A stretch of 64,000 bases of DNA from Ornithinibacter sp. (GTDB lineage: Bacteria > Actinomycetota > Actinomycetes > Actinomycetales > Dermatophilaceae), in NCBI GenBank assembly GCA_035703305.1, contig DASSYJ010000125.1, forward strand, positions 8,013-72,012. The letters run 5' to 3'. Position numbers and translations under genes: made by a program. The notes beneath the pieces are model-generated. The model was not told the DNA's origin, ran no database searches, and was given only the letters and a program-made list of their open reading frames with translations. Below are positions 19,615-28,634 of this stretch, piece by piece (the stretch's first letter is position 1; each line of letters begins with the position of its first letter).

Positions 19615-21096
19615 ATGAGCGCCACCCAGCCGATGCCCCTGTCGACCGACGAGCGACTCGAGCTCGAGAGGCTCCGGGCCGAGGTGGTGCAGCTCCGTGG
19701 CCAGGCGCCCGCCGAGCCGCCGACCCCACGGAGCCACCACCGGCTCAGGAGCACGGCCGCGGCGCTGGTCATCGTCCTCGGGTGCGTGCTGGCCCCGCTC
19801 TCGGTGACGTCGGTGTGGCTCGACTCGCAGCTCACCGACACCGACGCCTACGTCGAGACCGTCGCGCCGCTCATCGAGCAGCCCGCCGTGCAGCAGGCGC
19901 TCGCCTCGGCCGTGACGACCGAGGTCTTCCGCCGCCTCGACGTCCAGGCCACGACGAGCGAGGCCCTCCAGGCCATCGCAGACCGCACCAACCTGCCCCC
20001 GCTGCTGGAGGAGCGGCTGGTCGGCCTGGCCGTGCCCCTCTCCAACGGGGTGGAGGGATTCGTGACGGACCAGGTCAACACCCTGGTCGCGAGCGACGAC
20101 TTCCGGGCCGCCTGGGTCGACGCCAACCGGGTCGCCCACCAGGAGCTCGTCGCCACCCTCACCGGGGAGAGGGACGGCGCCGTCCAGGTGAACCAGGGCA
20201 CGGTGTCGGTCAACATCGCGCCGTTCGTCCAGGTGGTCAAGCAGCGGCTCATCGACCGCGGCCTCACCGTGGCCGAGCGGATCCCCGACGTGCAGGCGTC
20301 GTTCGTCGTCATGCAGTCCGCCGACCTCGTCCGGGCCCAGTCGCTCTTCGCGGCCCTCGACACCCTCGGAGCGGTGTTCCCGTTCATCGTCCTCGCCGTC
20401 CTGGCGGCCGGCGTGCTGCTGGCCCTCGACCGGCGCCGAGCCCTCGTGGGAGCCGGTCTGGGCGTCGCGGCGTCGATGGTCGTGCTCGCGGTGCTGCTGG
20501 CCCTCCTGCGCGCCGGTTACCTCTCGTCGGTGCCGGCCGACCTGCTGCCCCGGGATGCCGCGACGGTCATCTTCGACACGCTCGTCAGCTTCCTGCGCAT
20601 CGCCCTCCGGGGCGTGCTGCTCCTCGGGCTCCTCGTGGCCCTGGCCGCCTTCCTCGCCGGACCCTCGCGCGCCGCGGTCGCGACCCGGCACGGGATCGGC
20701 CGAGGGCTGGCCGCGGTCCGCGGGCTCGGAGGTGGCTCCGAGGGCCTCGCCGGTGCCGGGGTGGCGCGGGTGGTTCAGGTCGCCAAGCGCCCCCTCCAGG
20801 TGGTGCTCGTCACGGCCGCCGGGCTGACGCTCGTCTTCTGGGACCGCCCGACGCCGGCCGTGCTCATCGGTGTCGTGCTCGTCCTGCTGCTCCTCCTCGC
20901 CGTCATCGAGGTGCTCGGGAGCGGCAACGCTCCGACGCGTCCGGATGCCGGAGCCGTCGAAGCCGCGCCCGCGTCACCGGCCTCCGCGTCACCGGCCCCC
21001 TCCTCGCCCTCGTCCGGGGACGCCGAATCGGCGTCGTCGCCGCCCGACGGGGCGTCGACGGAGTCGGAGGCCGGCCCGACACCCGCCGCGGTCTAG
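19615..21096 (+). CDS. Integral membrane protein of unknown function
   Basis: N-terminal TM, DTDAYVETVAPL extracytoplasmic domain, several C-terminal TM helices; coding-like GC3. Confidence 0.8.
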   Translation: MSATQPMPLSTDERLELERLRAEVVQLRGQAPAEPPTPRSHHRLRSTAAALVIVLGCVLAPLSVTSVWLDSQLTDTDAYVETVAPLIEQPAVQQALASAVTTEVFRRLDVQATTSEALQAIADRTNLPPLLEERLVGLAVPLSNGVEGFVTDQVNTLVASDDFRAAWVDANRVAHQELVATLTGERDGAVQVNQGTVSVNIAPFVQVVKQRLIDRGLTVAERIPDVQASFVVMQSADLVRAQSLFAALDTLGAVFPFIVLAVLAAGVLLALDRRRALVGAGLGVAASMVVLAVLLALLRAGYLSSVPADLLPRDAATVIFDTLVSFLRIALRGVLLLGLLVALAAFLAGPSRAAVATRHGIGRGLAAVRGLGGGSEGLAGAGVARVVQVAKRPLQVVLVTAAGLTLVFWDRPTPAVLIGVVLVLLLLLAVIEVLGSGNAPTRPDAGAVEAAPASPASASPAPSSPSSGDAESASSPPDGASTESEAGPTPAAV

Positions 21097-21273
21097 CAGC
21101 ACGCCATCCGTGGTCCTCGTCGTCCGGTCCGGCGGCGGGGACGACGACCGTCAGGTCGGGAACAACGGCCGTGGCGCCGGGGATCGGCTCCATCCACGGT
21201 GCCCCACCGGGGTGGCGCAGGGATGAAGGGGGGCGTTCCCGGTGTTCACTCCCTGACAACCGCCGCACCACGG

Positions 21274-21289
21274 ATACCCATAGGGGTAT
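21274..21289. promoter_or_regulatory. CsoR/CstR-type operator ATACCCATAGGGGTAT overlapping -10 TATGCT of trxA
   Basis: C-tract/G-tract palindrome repeated at 21707 and 24315. Confidence 0.85.
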
Positions 21290-21336
21290 GCTGTTGGCTC
21301 GGGCGGACCACCGAAACCCGATCGAGGAGCACCTTC

Positions 21337-21702
21337 ATGGCCACCGTCGACCTCACCGCCGACACCTTCGAGAGCACCATCACCTCGAGCGACATCGTGC
21401 TCGTGGACTGGTGGGCCTCGTGGTGCGGCCCGTGCCGCCAGTTCGCCCCGACGTACAGCAAGGCCAGCGAGGCACACACGGACGTCGTCTTCGGGAAGGT
21501 CGACACCGAGGCCGAGCAGGCGCTGGCCGGTGCCGCCCAGATCACGTCGATCCCGACGATCATGGCCTTCCGCGAGGGCATCCTCGTGTTCCGCCAGGCC
21601 GGGGCGCTGCCGCCCACCGCCCTGGAGCAGGTCATCGAGGGCATCAAGGGCCTCGACATGGAGCACGTCCGCGAGCAGGTCGCGAGTCAGCAGAACGCCT
21701 GA
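21337..21702 (+). CDS. trxA: Thioredoxin
   Basis: WASWCGPC, IPT; GAGGAG RBS. Confidence 0.95.
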   Translation: MATVDLTADTFESTITSSDIVLVDWWASWCGPCRQFAPTYSKASEAHTDVVFGKVDTEAEQALAGAAQITSIPTIMAFREGILVFRQAGALPPTALEQVIEGIKGLDMEHVREQVASQQNA

Positions 21703-21706
21703 GGCG

Positions 21707-21722
21707 ATACCTCACCGGGTAT
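21707..21722. promoter_or_regulatory. CsoR/CstR-type operator ATACCTCACCGGGTAT upstream of the repressor gene
   Basis: Same ATACC-N6-GGTAT palindrome, overlapping TATCCT. Confidence 0.8.
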
Positions 21723-21756
21723 CCTTTCCCCTTCGCACCCCATACAGGAGGCCCGC

Positions 21757-22017
21757 ATGGAGCTCGACCAGGACGAGATGCAGGCCGTCGTCAAGCGGCT
21801 CAAGCGTGCGCAGGGGCAGATCGGCGGCATCCTCAGGATGATCGACGAGGGCAGGGAGTGCCAGGACATCGTCACCCAGCTGGCCGCGGTGTCCAAGGCC
21901 CTCGACCGGGCCGGGTTCGCCGTCATCGCGCTCGGCCTGCGCCAGTGCATCTCGGACCCCGAGTCCCACGGGATGGACGTCGACAACATGGAGAAGCTGT
22001 TCCTCTCCCTCGCGTGA
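21757..22017 (+). CDS. CsoR/RcnR-family repressor, CstR-like (two Cys, no His)
   Basis: KRLKRAQGQIGGILRMI, REC, QLAAVSKAL, LGLRQC. Confidence 0.92.
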   Translation: MELDQDEMQAVVKRLKRAQGQIGGILRMIDEGRECQDIVTQLAAVSKALDRAGFAVIALGLRQCISDPESHGMDVDNMEKLFLSLA

Positions 22018-22029
22018 GCGGGTGCTGAG

Positions 22030-22650
22030 GTGGACGCCTCCGACTGGGACAGCCGGTATGCCGGTGCCGACCTCGTGTGGTCGACCGAGCCGAACGTCTG
22101 GGTGCGCGAGCTGTGCTCGCCCCTGAGGCCGGGGCGCGCGCTCGACGTCGCGGCGGGTGAGGGTCGCAACGCCCTCTGGCTCGCCGAGCGGGGCTGGACC
22201 GTCACCGCGACCGACTTCTCGCCCGTGGCGGTCACGCGGATGGGCGAGCTCGCCGACCACCGGCTCGGCACCGCAGATCGCGAGCGACTCCAGGCGGTCG
22301 TGGCTGACGCCACGGCACCCGCACCGGGCACGGCATACGACCTCGTCCTGTTCTCCTACCTGCACCTCCCGCGCGAGCAGTGGGAGCGAGCCCTGTCAGC
22401 CGGCGTCTCCGTCACGGCTCCAGGGGGTCTGGTCGTCGTCGTGGCGCACGCCCGCCGCAACCTCACCGAGGGCGTGGGCGGGCCCCAGGACGCCGCCATC
22501 CTGCTCGACCCGGAGGACCTCCTGGCGTCGTCGGCAGGCCTGCCGGTGGCCGTGGAGCTGGCGCAGGTCAGGAGCCGGGCGGTCGAGGGCGCCCCGCGAC
22601 CCGCGCTCGACACCGTCGCGGTGCTGCGCCGGACCCCTGAGCAGTCCTAG
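22030..22650 (+). CDS. Class I SAM-dependent methyltransferase
   Basis: WDSRY, ALDVAAGEGRNALWLA, TDFS, GGPQD. Confidence 0.9.
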   Translation: MDASDWDSRYAGADLVWSTEPNVWVRELCSPLRPGRALDVAAGEGRNALWLAERGWTVTATDFSPVAVTRMGELADHRLGTADRERLQAVVADATAPAPGTAYDLVLFSYLHLPREQWERALSAGVSVTAPGGLVVVVAHARRNLTEGVGGPQDAAILLDPEDLLASSAGLPVAVELAQVRSRAVEGAPRPALDTVAVLRRTPEQS

Positions 22651-24305
22651 GCGCTGAGGAGCTCCGGCGCCGCGTGCGCGCCTGCTCGCGTGCCCGCGAA
22701 CCACGTGCGGAAGCCGCCGTCGAGGTTGCGGACGTCGTGCCGGCCGTGCTGCGTGAGGATCCGGGCGGCCGTGTGCCCGCGGACGCCGACGGCGCAGTGG
22801 ACCACGACGGGTCGGTCGGGGATCTCCCCGATCCGGTCGCGGAGGCTGTCGAGGGGGATGTGGAGGGCCTCCGGGATGACGCCGGATGCCGTGCGCTCCG
22901 CCTCGTCGCGGATGTCGACGACGACGGCGCCGTCGGCCACGGCCTCGTCGAGCTCGTGCCACTGGATCGACCGCGTCGTGCCGCGACGGAGGTTGTCGGC
23001 GACGTGCCCGAGCATGTTGACCGGGTCCTTGGCGGAGGAGAAGGGCGGGGCGTAGGCGAGCTCGAGGCCCGCCAGGGCGCTCGCCGTGAGGCCGCCGGAC
23101 ATCGCGGTGGCGATGACGTCGATGCGCTTGTCGACGCCCGACGTGCCCACTCCCTGGGCGCCGAGCACGGCGTCGGTCTCGGGGTCGACGAGCAGCTTGA
23201 GGGACAGGCCGCTGGCGCCGGGGTAGTACGTCGCGTGGGACGCCGGGTGGGTGTGGATGACCCGGTGCGGGCGGCCTGAGGCGCGCAGCCGCTTCTCGTT
23301 CCAGCCGGTCGAGGCCACCTGGAGCCCGAACACGCCGACGATGGCGGTGCCCAGCACCGGGCGGTCGTGCGCGGCGAGGCCGGCGATGGCATCGGCCGCG
23401 CGGCGGCCCTGGAGGTTCGCGGTGTTCGCGAGGGGGACGAGCGTGGCCGAGCCGTCGAGGGCGTCGACCTTCTCGACGGCGTCGCCGACCGCGAAGACGG
23501 CAGGGTCGGACGTGCGGAGGCGGTCGTCGACGACGATGCCCCCACGAGGGCCGATGGTGAGCCCGGCCTGCTCGGCGAGGGTGGTGTCGGGACGCACGCC
23601 GATCGCCGCGACGACGACGTCGGCGGGCACGGCATCCCCCGTCGAGAGGGTGACGTCGTGGGCGCCGATGGCCGTGACGCTCGACGAGAGCCGCAGGTCG
23701 ACTCCGTGGGCACGGATGCGGTCGTGCACGGGGGTGGCCATCTCGGGGTCGAGCGGGGCCATGACCTGGTCGGTGGCCTCGACGAGGGTGACGTCGAGCC
23801 CGAGGTGGACGAGGTTCTCCGCGACCTCGACCCCGATGAACCCGCCACCGATGACGGCCGCAGTGCGGGCGTGCCGGGTGGCGGCCACCAGGGCGTCGGT
23901 GTCCTCGATGTCACGCAGAGACAGGGCACGTTCGATGCCGGGGAGCGGCGGGCGCACCGGCCGGGCGCCGGTCGAGACCACGAGCGCGTCGTAGGGGAGG
24001 TCCTCGGTCGTGCCGGCCTCGAGGTCGCGCACGGTCACGACGTTCCTACCGCGGTCGATGCGCTCCACCTCGTGGCGCACCCGGACGTCGAGGTCGAAGC
24101 GCCGGCGGAGGGCCTCCGGCGTCTGGAGCAGCAGCGACGAGCGCTTCGCGATCACGCCCCCGACGTGGTAGGGCAGTCCGCAGTTCGCGTAGGAGACGTG
24201 GCCGCTGCGCTCGAGGACCGTGATGTCGGCGTCCTCCAGGAGACGACGCAGCCGCGTGGCCGCGCTCATGCCTCCCGCGACGCCCCCGATGATGACGACT
24301 CGCAT
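22647..24305 (-). CDS. CoA-disulfide/persulfide reductase with C-terminal rhodanese domain
   Basis: IIGGVAGGMSAATR, SYANCGLPY, GGGFIG, ELAYAPPFS, rhodanese HCAVGVRG and NLDGG. Confidence 0.93.
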   Translation of the reverse strand: MRVVIIGGVAGGMSAATRLRRLLEDADITVLERSGHVSYANCGLPYHVGGVIAKRSSLLLQTPEALRRRFDLDVRVRHEVERIDRGRNVVTVRDLEAGTTEDLPYDALVVSTGARPVRPPLPGIERALSLRDIEDTDALVAATRHARTAAVIGGGFIGVEVAENLVHLGLDVTLVEATDQVMAPLDPEMATPVHDRIRAHGVDLRLSSSVTAIGAHDVTLSTGDAVPADVVVAAIGVRPDTTLAEQAGLTIGPRGGIVVDDRLRTSDPAVFAVGDAVEKVDALDGSATLVPLANTANLQGRRAADAIAGLAAHDRPVLGTAIVGVFGLQVASTGWNEKRLRASGRPHRVIHTHPASHATYYPGASGLSLKLLVDPETDAVLGAQGVGTSGVDKRIDVIATAMSGGLTASALAGLELAYAPPFSSAKDPVNMLGHVADNLRRGTTRSIQWHELDEAVADGAVVVDIRDEAERTASGVIPEALHIPLDSLRDRIGEIPDRPVVVHCAVGVRGHTAARILTQHGRHDVRNLDGGFRTWFAGTRAGAHAAPELLSA

Positions 24306-24314
24306 GCTGCCAGC

Positions 24315-24330
24315 ATACCCCATGGGGTAT
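24315..24330. promoter_or_regulatory. Perfect palindromic CsoR/CstR-type operator ATACCCCATGGGGTAT between divergent promoters
   Basis: Overlaps -10 TATGCT on the minus strand and TATAGT on the plus strand. Confidence 0.88.
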
Positions 24331-24378
24331 AGTGTCGAGTCATCGACCCCTCACCCGAGACCTCGAGGAGATCCCGGC

Positions 24379-24540
24379 ATGTGCCGAGCAGTGACCTGTC
24401 GTACCTGTGGCAAGACGACGTGGGCCGGCTGCGGCCAGCACGTCGACACCGTGCTGCGCGGGGTGCCCTCGGGCGACCGCTGCCCGGGCCACGAGGGAGA
24501 GCCGAGCACCGGCCTCCTCTCCCGCCTGTTCAGCCGCTGA
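24379..24540 (+). CDS. 53-aa Cys-rich small protein of unknown function
   Basis: MCRAVTCRTCGKTTWAGCGQHVDTVLRGVPSGDRCPGH...; GAGGAG RBS. Confidence 0.8.
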   Translation: MCRAVTCRTCGKTTWAGCGQHVDTVLRGVPSGDRCPGHEGEPSTGLLSRLFSR

Positions 24541-24636
24541 GCGCCCCGCACTGACCAGCGGCGCCCACGGACCGACCGCCCCGCCTGCCCTCCCCGGCGG
24601 GGCGCTCGCCGTCGGGCTGCTGCGGGCCGCCGGGGG

Positions 24637-25266
24637 TCAGGTCGGGCTCGCGGTGCCCGTGACGAACCAGCTCCACGGCTTGGCCGGACCGCCGGCGACG
24701 AAGCCCGCGTAGGTGAGCTCCACGGCATACCCGGCGTTCGTCATGAGCCCGACGATGTCCCGGGTGATGTGGCACCCCCCGGCCAGCGGTCCCCATACCG
24801 GCTGGAGGGCGCGCTGGATGCCGGCGACGCGGTCGCTCGGTGCCAGTGAGTGCTCGACGAACCGCAATCGGCCTCCGGGCCGGAGCACCCTGCGGGCCTC
24901 GGCGAGCGCGGCCACGACGTCCGGGACGGTGCAGAGCGTCCACGTCGAGACCACGGTGTCGACCGAGGAGGTGTCGGCCGCGAGGCGTGCCCCGTCGAGG
25001 CCGATGCGGTGCACCGGACGGCCGAATGCCGTGACGCGCGGTCGCGCTCGCTCCCAGGCCAGGTCGGCGGGCTCGACGGCGAGGACCTCGGTGACCTCCG
25101 CCGGGTAGAAGGGCAGGTTGCGCCCGGACCCGAAGCCGATCTCGAGGACCGTTCCGGTCGCGCCCTCGCAGACGGTCCGGCGCCAGGTGCCCGCCGCTCG
25201 GTCGGTGAGCGCGACGTCCATGACACGAGGGAGGACGTGGTCCTCGTACCACGCCCGCACCACCAT
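24637..25266 (-). CDS. Class I SAM-dependent methyltransferase
   Basis: VLEIGFGSGRN, DTVVSTWTLCTV, RRVLRPGGRLRFVEH, GGCH. Confidence 0.9.
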   Translation of the reverse strand: MVVRAWYEDHVLPRVMDVALTDRAAGTWRRTVCEGATGTVLEIGFGSGRNLPFYPAEVTEVLAVEPADLAWERARPRVTAFGRPVHRIGLDGARLAADTSSVDTVVSTWTLCTVPDVVAALAEARRVLRPGGRLRFVEHSLAPSDRVAGIQRALQPVWGPLAGGCHITRDIVGLMTNAGYAVELTYAGFVAGGPAKPWSWFVTGTASPT

Positions 25267-25327
25267 GCCCCCAGTCTCCCAGCCCCAGGTCCCCGCGAGG
25301 TTCCCAGCCCGAGCGCTCCCCCGCCGC

Positions 25328-25410
25328 CTCCCCGACTTTGTCTGTCAGCGCGCCGGCGACACGCCGCTGAAGCGGCGTGTTCGCAGCACCCTGACAGACA
25401 AGGTCGGGGG
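25328..25410. repeat. 83-bp palindromic REP/MITE-like element, copy 1
   Basis: CTCCCCGACTTTGTCTGTCAG...CTGACAGACAAGGTCGGGG. Confidence 0.85.
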
Positions 25411-25444
25411 TCAGGGGGAGCGCGCGCCCCGTGCTGACGCCCGG

Positions 25445-26002
25445 TCAGCCGCTCGGGGTCGCCTGGCGGCGGTACTCGTGGTCCAGCAGGCTCATCATGA
25501 CGTCGTCGTGCCATCGGCCCTCGAGCCAGCAGTCCTCCCGTTCACGGCCCTCCTCGACGAACCCGCACCGGCGGTAGCACGCGATGGCGGGGGCGTTGAA
25601 GGCGAGGACTCGCAGGCCGACGCGGTGCAGCCCCAGGTCGTCGAAGGCGTGGCCGAGCACGAGCCGTGTGGACTCGGCCCCGAGCCCGCGCCCGATGAAC
25701 CGCGGCGCGTGCATCCCGACGGCGAAGAGCGCCTTGCGGTCCACGGGGTTGAGGAGCCGGAGCGACGCCATGCCCGCGGGCTCCCCCTCGACCTCGACGA
25801 CCCACTGGAGGAACCGGTCCTGGGTCGCCATCAGCTCGAACCACTTCGCGGCCTCTGCATCGGTCATGGGCCCCGTCCCACGCTCGGACCCGTAGCCCCT
25901 CTCGATCTCGCGGTGCCACCCCAGGCGCTGACGGGGCCTGACGTCGGACGGCAGCACCCCACGCAGGCGGACGCGCGCTCCGACGAGGACTGGTGGCTCC
26001 AT
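25445..26002 (-). CDS. GNAT acetyltransferase (RimJ/RimL-like)
   Basis: GRGLGAES, LHRVGLRVLAFNAPAIACYRRCGFVEEGRER. Confidence 0.9.
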   Translation of the reverse strand: MEPPVLVGARVRLRGVLPSDVRPRQRLGWHREIERGYGSERGTGPMTDAEAAKWFELMATQDRFLQWVVEVEGEPAGMASLRLLNPVDRKALFAVGMHAPRFIGRGLGAESTRLVLGHAFDDLGLHRVGLRVLAFNAPAIACYRRCGFVEEGREREDCWLEGRWHDDVMMSLLDHEYRRQATPSG

Positions 26003-26054
26003 GGGTCGATGCTCCCGCGCCCATCGCCGTCCGTCGCCCCAGACGACCCTCGCC

Positions 26055-26137
26055 CTCCCCGACTCTGTCTGTCAGGTTGCGCGCGACGCGCGCCCCAGCG
26101 GCGTGTTGGCGGCAACCTGACAGACGAAGTCGGGGAG
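26055..26137. repeat. 83-bp palindromic REP/MITE-like element, copy 2
   Basis: CTCCCCGACTCTGTCTGTCAGGTTGC...GCAACCTGACAGACGAAGTCGGGGAG. Confidence 0.85.
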
Positions 26138-26202
26138 GTGGGGAGGTGGGGTGGAGGCGAAGGACCGGGCTCTGCGCATCCGCGCCGGTGGGGTGGGTGT
26201 CG

Positions 26203-27258
26203 TCAGCGGGTCGGGTCGACGAGGACGATCCCGCGGGAGGGGGCGGTGCCCATCGCGGCCAGTGCCCGGCCGGCCTCCTCCAGCCCGAGGGGCTCCCCCG
26301 GAGCGAGGAGGTCACCGAGGGTGAGCCGGCCGCGCACGACGTCCTCGAGCATCGCGGGGTAGTCGGCCGCCGCCATCCCGTGGCTTCCGAGCACGTCGAG
26401 CTCCCAGCCGATGACCCGGTCCATCGGCACGTCCGCCGCGCCCGCCGCCGGCGGCAGCAACCCCACCTGCACGTGGCGCCCCCGCCGTCCGAGCGACAGG
26501 ATGCCGGTGCGGCAGGTCTCGGGCGACCCCAGCGCGTCGATGCTCACCGCCGCACCACCCCCCGACCAGTCGCGGACCGCAGCGAACACGGCATCCGGAC
26601 CGATCGCGGCGTCGACCACCTGCTCGGCGCCGAGGAAGAGGGCCCGTTCCAGCGAGGCCGCCGAGACGTCGACGGCGCAGACGCGCGCCCCACGGCTGCG
26701 GGCGACCTCGACCGCGGCGAGCCCGACCCCGCCGCAGCCGAGCACCACGACGGCCTCACCCGGCACGACCCCGGCCCGTGCCACCACCGCCCGGTATGCC
26801 GTGGCCACCCGGCAGCCGAGCCCGGCCGCCGCCCCCGCGTCGAGGTCGTCCGGCAGCTCGACCAGGTTGGTGCCTGCGGCATGGACGACGACGAGCTCGG
26901 CGAACGACCCGGGGTCGGTGAAGCCCGGCTGCCGCTGGTTCGGGCACACCTGGCCGGCGCCGGCCAGGCACACCTCGCACCGACCGCAGGACATGACGAA
27001 CGGCGCGGTGACCCGGCGCCCGACCCACTCCCTGTCCACCCCCTCGCCGACCGACTCGACGACTCCGGCGAGCTCGTGGCCCGGCACGTGCGGGAACGTC
27101 GCGACGTCGGGGTCGTGACCCATCCACCCGTGCCAGTCGCTGCGGCACAGCCCGCTCGCCTGCACGCGCACCAGGGCACCTCCGGCGGGCGCGACGGGGT
27201 CGGGCAGGTCGGCGACGGTCAGGGGTCCGCCGAACACGGCATACGTCAGGGCTCGCAC
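26203..27258 (-). CDS. Zinc-binding alcohol dehydrogenase
   Basis: GLCRSD, PGHE, CGRCEVC...C, GCGGVG. Confidence 0.92.
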   Translation of the reverse strand: MRALTYAVFGGPLTVADLPDPVAPAGGALVRVQASGLCRSDWHGWMGHDPDVATFPHVPGHELAGVVESVGEGVDREWVGRRVTAPFVMSCGRCEVCLAGAGQVCPNQRQPGFTDPGSFAELVVVHAAGTNLVELPDDLDAGAAAGLGCRVATAYRAVVARAGVVPGEAVVVLGCGGVGLAAVEVARSRGARVCAVDVSAASLERALFLGAEQVVDAAIGPDAVFAAVRDWSGGGAAVSIDALGSPETCRTGILSLGRRGRHVQVGLLPPAAGAADVPMDRVIGWELDVLGSHGMAAADYPAMLEDVVRGRLTLGDLLAPGEPLGLEEAGRALAAMGTAPSRGIVLVDPTR

Positions 27259-27282
27259 CCGCCCAGCCTCCCACTGCCGACG

Positions 27283-28569
27283 TCAGTCCTCCGTGGTGCC
27301 GGGCACGAGCACCCCGGCCAGGCAGAGGGCACGCCACACGTGCGGGTCGAGCGTGTCGGGTGGCGCGGTACCCGCGAGCACGGCGTCCACCGCCCGGCGC
27401 GCCGCCGCGGGGACGACGACCCTGCCCACCCGCGTGACGAGGGTCGGGCCGGTCGGGCCCGTCGTGCCCGTCAGGCCCGTCGCCCCCGTGCCGCCCGCAG
27501 CCTCCTCCCAGCGGTGGGCCAGATGGCGTCGCGGCCGCCACGCCGCGGCCGGGTCGGCGGATGCCGTGTGCTGGGTGAGCACCCCCAGCGGCTCCGCGCG
27601 CTGCGCCGCCCGTGCGCGAGCGGCGAGCAGGGCGGCGAGCTCCTCGTCGGTGACGGCGTCGAGGGCCGACTCGACGGCGGCGCGGACCCGCGACCGTGCA
27701 TCCGCCGAGGTCGCCGGGTCCAGCGCGTCGACGCCGAGCGGGAGCGCCTCGCGGACGTCCCGGTCGTCGTCGAGGCGGTGCCCGGCCGCACGGAGGAGGT
27801 CCTCGGCGAGGTGCCGCACCGTCCAGACGTGCACCCCGACGGTCAGGTGGATGCTCGTGCCGCCGAGGGCCGTCGCCGAGTGCAGCCACCCCCGGGGGAC
27901 GTAGAGGCAGTCGCCGGGGGCGAGCACCTCGTCGACGACGGGAGGCTGCTCGGCGGCGGCGTGCACGGCATCCCGCCGGTCCGTCCACGGCTGGTCGCGC
28001 AGCGGCCACTGGTGCACGGGGGGCCGGACCCGCCAGTGCTTCTCCCCGGAGACCTGGACGACGAAGACGTCGTGCACGTCGTAGTGGTCGTCGAACCCGC
28101 GGTTCTGCGGGGGCGTGACGTAGGCGTTGACCTGCACGGGGTGCCCGAGGTCGGCGGCGACCTCCTGGGACGCCTCGAGCACCGGTCCCCACGTGCGGTG
28201 GAGCGCCTGGAGCACGATCGTCGCGCCGTCGGCGTACAGCCGGAGCACCTTGTCCTCGCTGACCTGGTCGCCGATGCCCGCCCCGACGCCACCACCGAGG
28301 GTGTATGCCGCGGGCTCGAGGGTGCGGCCCTCCTTCGCCATCCGGAGGAAGGGCGTCCGGAGGGCGCGGCGGGAGAGCAGCTCGTCGACGGCCTCGGGTC
28401 CGAAGAGGTCGGGGGCGCCGGCGCGCTCGGACGCGTGGGTGAGCAATGGACGGCGTCCCCAGTAGGTGCGCGCGAACTCGTCGCGCGGGACCGCGACGAG
28501 GGACGCGAGCCCGTGCCGGCCGGCTGCCACCGGGGCCGGCACGGGCGGCTCCTCGGGGTGGTCGCTCAC
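27283..28569 (-). CDS. JmjC/Cupin_4 2-oxoglutarate-Fe(II) oxygenase (RoxA/NO66-like)
   Basis: VNAYVTP, GFDDHYDVHDVFVVQVSGEKHW, LAPGDCLYVPRGWLH, SIHLT (HxD...H triad). Confidence 0.9.
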   Translation of the reverse strand: MSDHPEEPPVPAPVAAGRHGLASLVAVPRDEFARTYWGRRPLLTHASERAGAPDLFGPEAVDELLSRRALRTPFLRMAKEGRTLEPAAYTLGGGVGAGIGDQVSEDKVLRLYADGATIVLQALHRTWGPVLEASQEVAADLGHPVQVNAYVTPPQNRGFDDHYDVHDVFVVQVSGEKHWRVRPPVHQWPLRDQPWTDRRDAVHAAAEQPPVVDEVLAPGDCLYVPRGWLHSATALGGTSIHLTVGVHVWTVRHLAEDLLRAAGHRLDDDRDVREALPLGVDALDPATSADARSRVRAAVESALDAVTDEELAALLAARARAAQRAEPLGVLTQHTASADPAAAWRPRRHLAHRWEEAAGGTGATGLTGTTGPTGPTLVTRVGRVVVPAAARRAVDAVLAGTAPPDTLDPHVWRALCLAGVLVPGTTED

Positions 28570-28634
28570 CGGGACAAGTCGGCCCGGCCGTCGGCCGCGC
28601 GGTCGGGCGGGGGCTCGATGGTGCTCTCGCTCAT
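28566..28634 (-). CDS. Putative 22-aa peptide MSESTIEPPPDRAADGRADLSR coupled to the JmjC gene
   Basis: AGGAAGG RBS 7 nt upstream; its TGA overlaps the cupin GTG (GTGA). Confidence 0.55.
   Translation of the reverse strand: MSESTIEPPPDRAADGRADLSR

Noticed and set aside
19036-20691. 551-aa HU-containing protein
   Set aside because: Only the last 91 codons are HU, with their own RBS; the rest is antisense to the membrane-protein gene
21757-22017. Copper-sensing CsoR with a copper efflux locus
   Set aside because: The His ligand is missing and no copA/copZ is nearby; the neighbours are sulfur-redox genes
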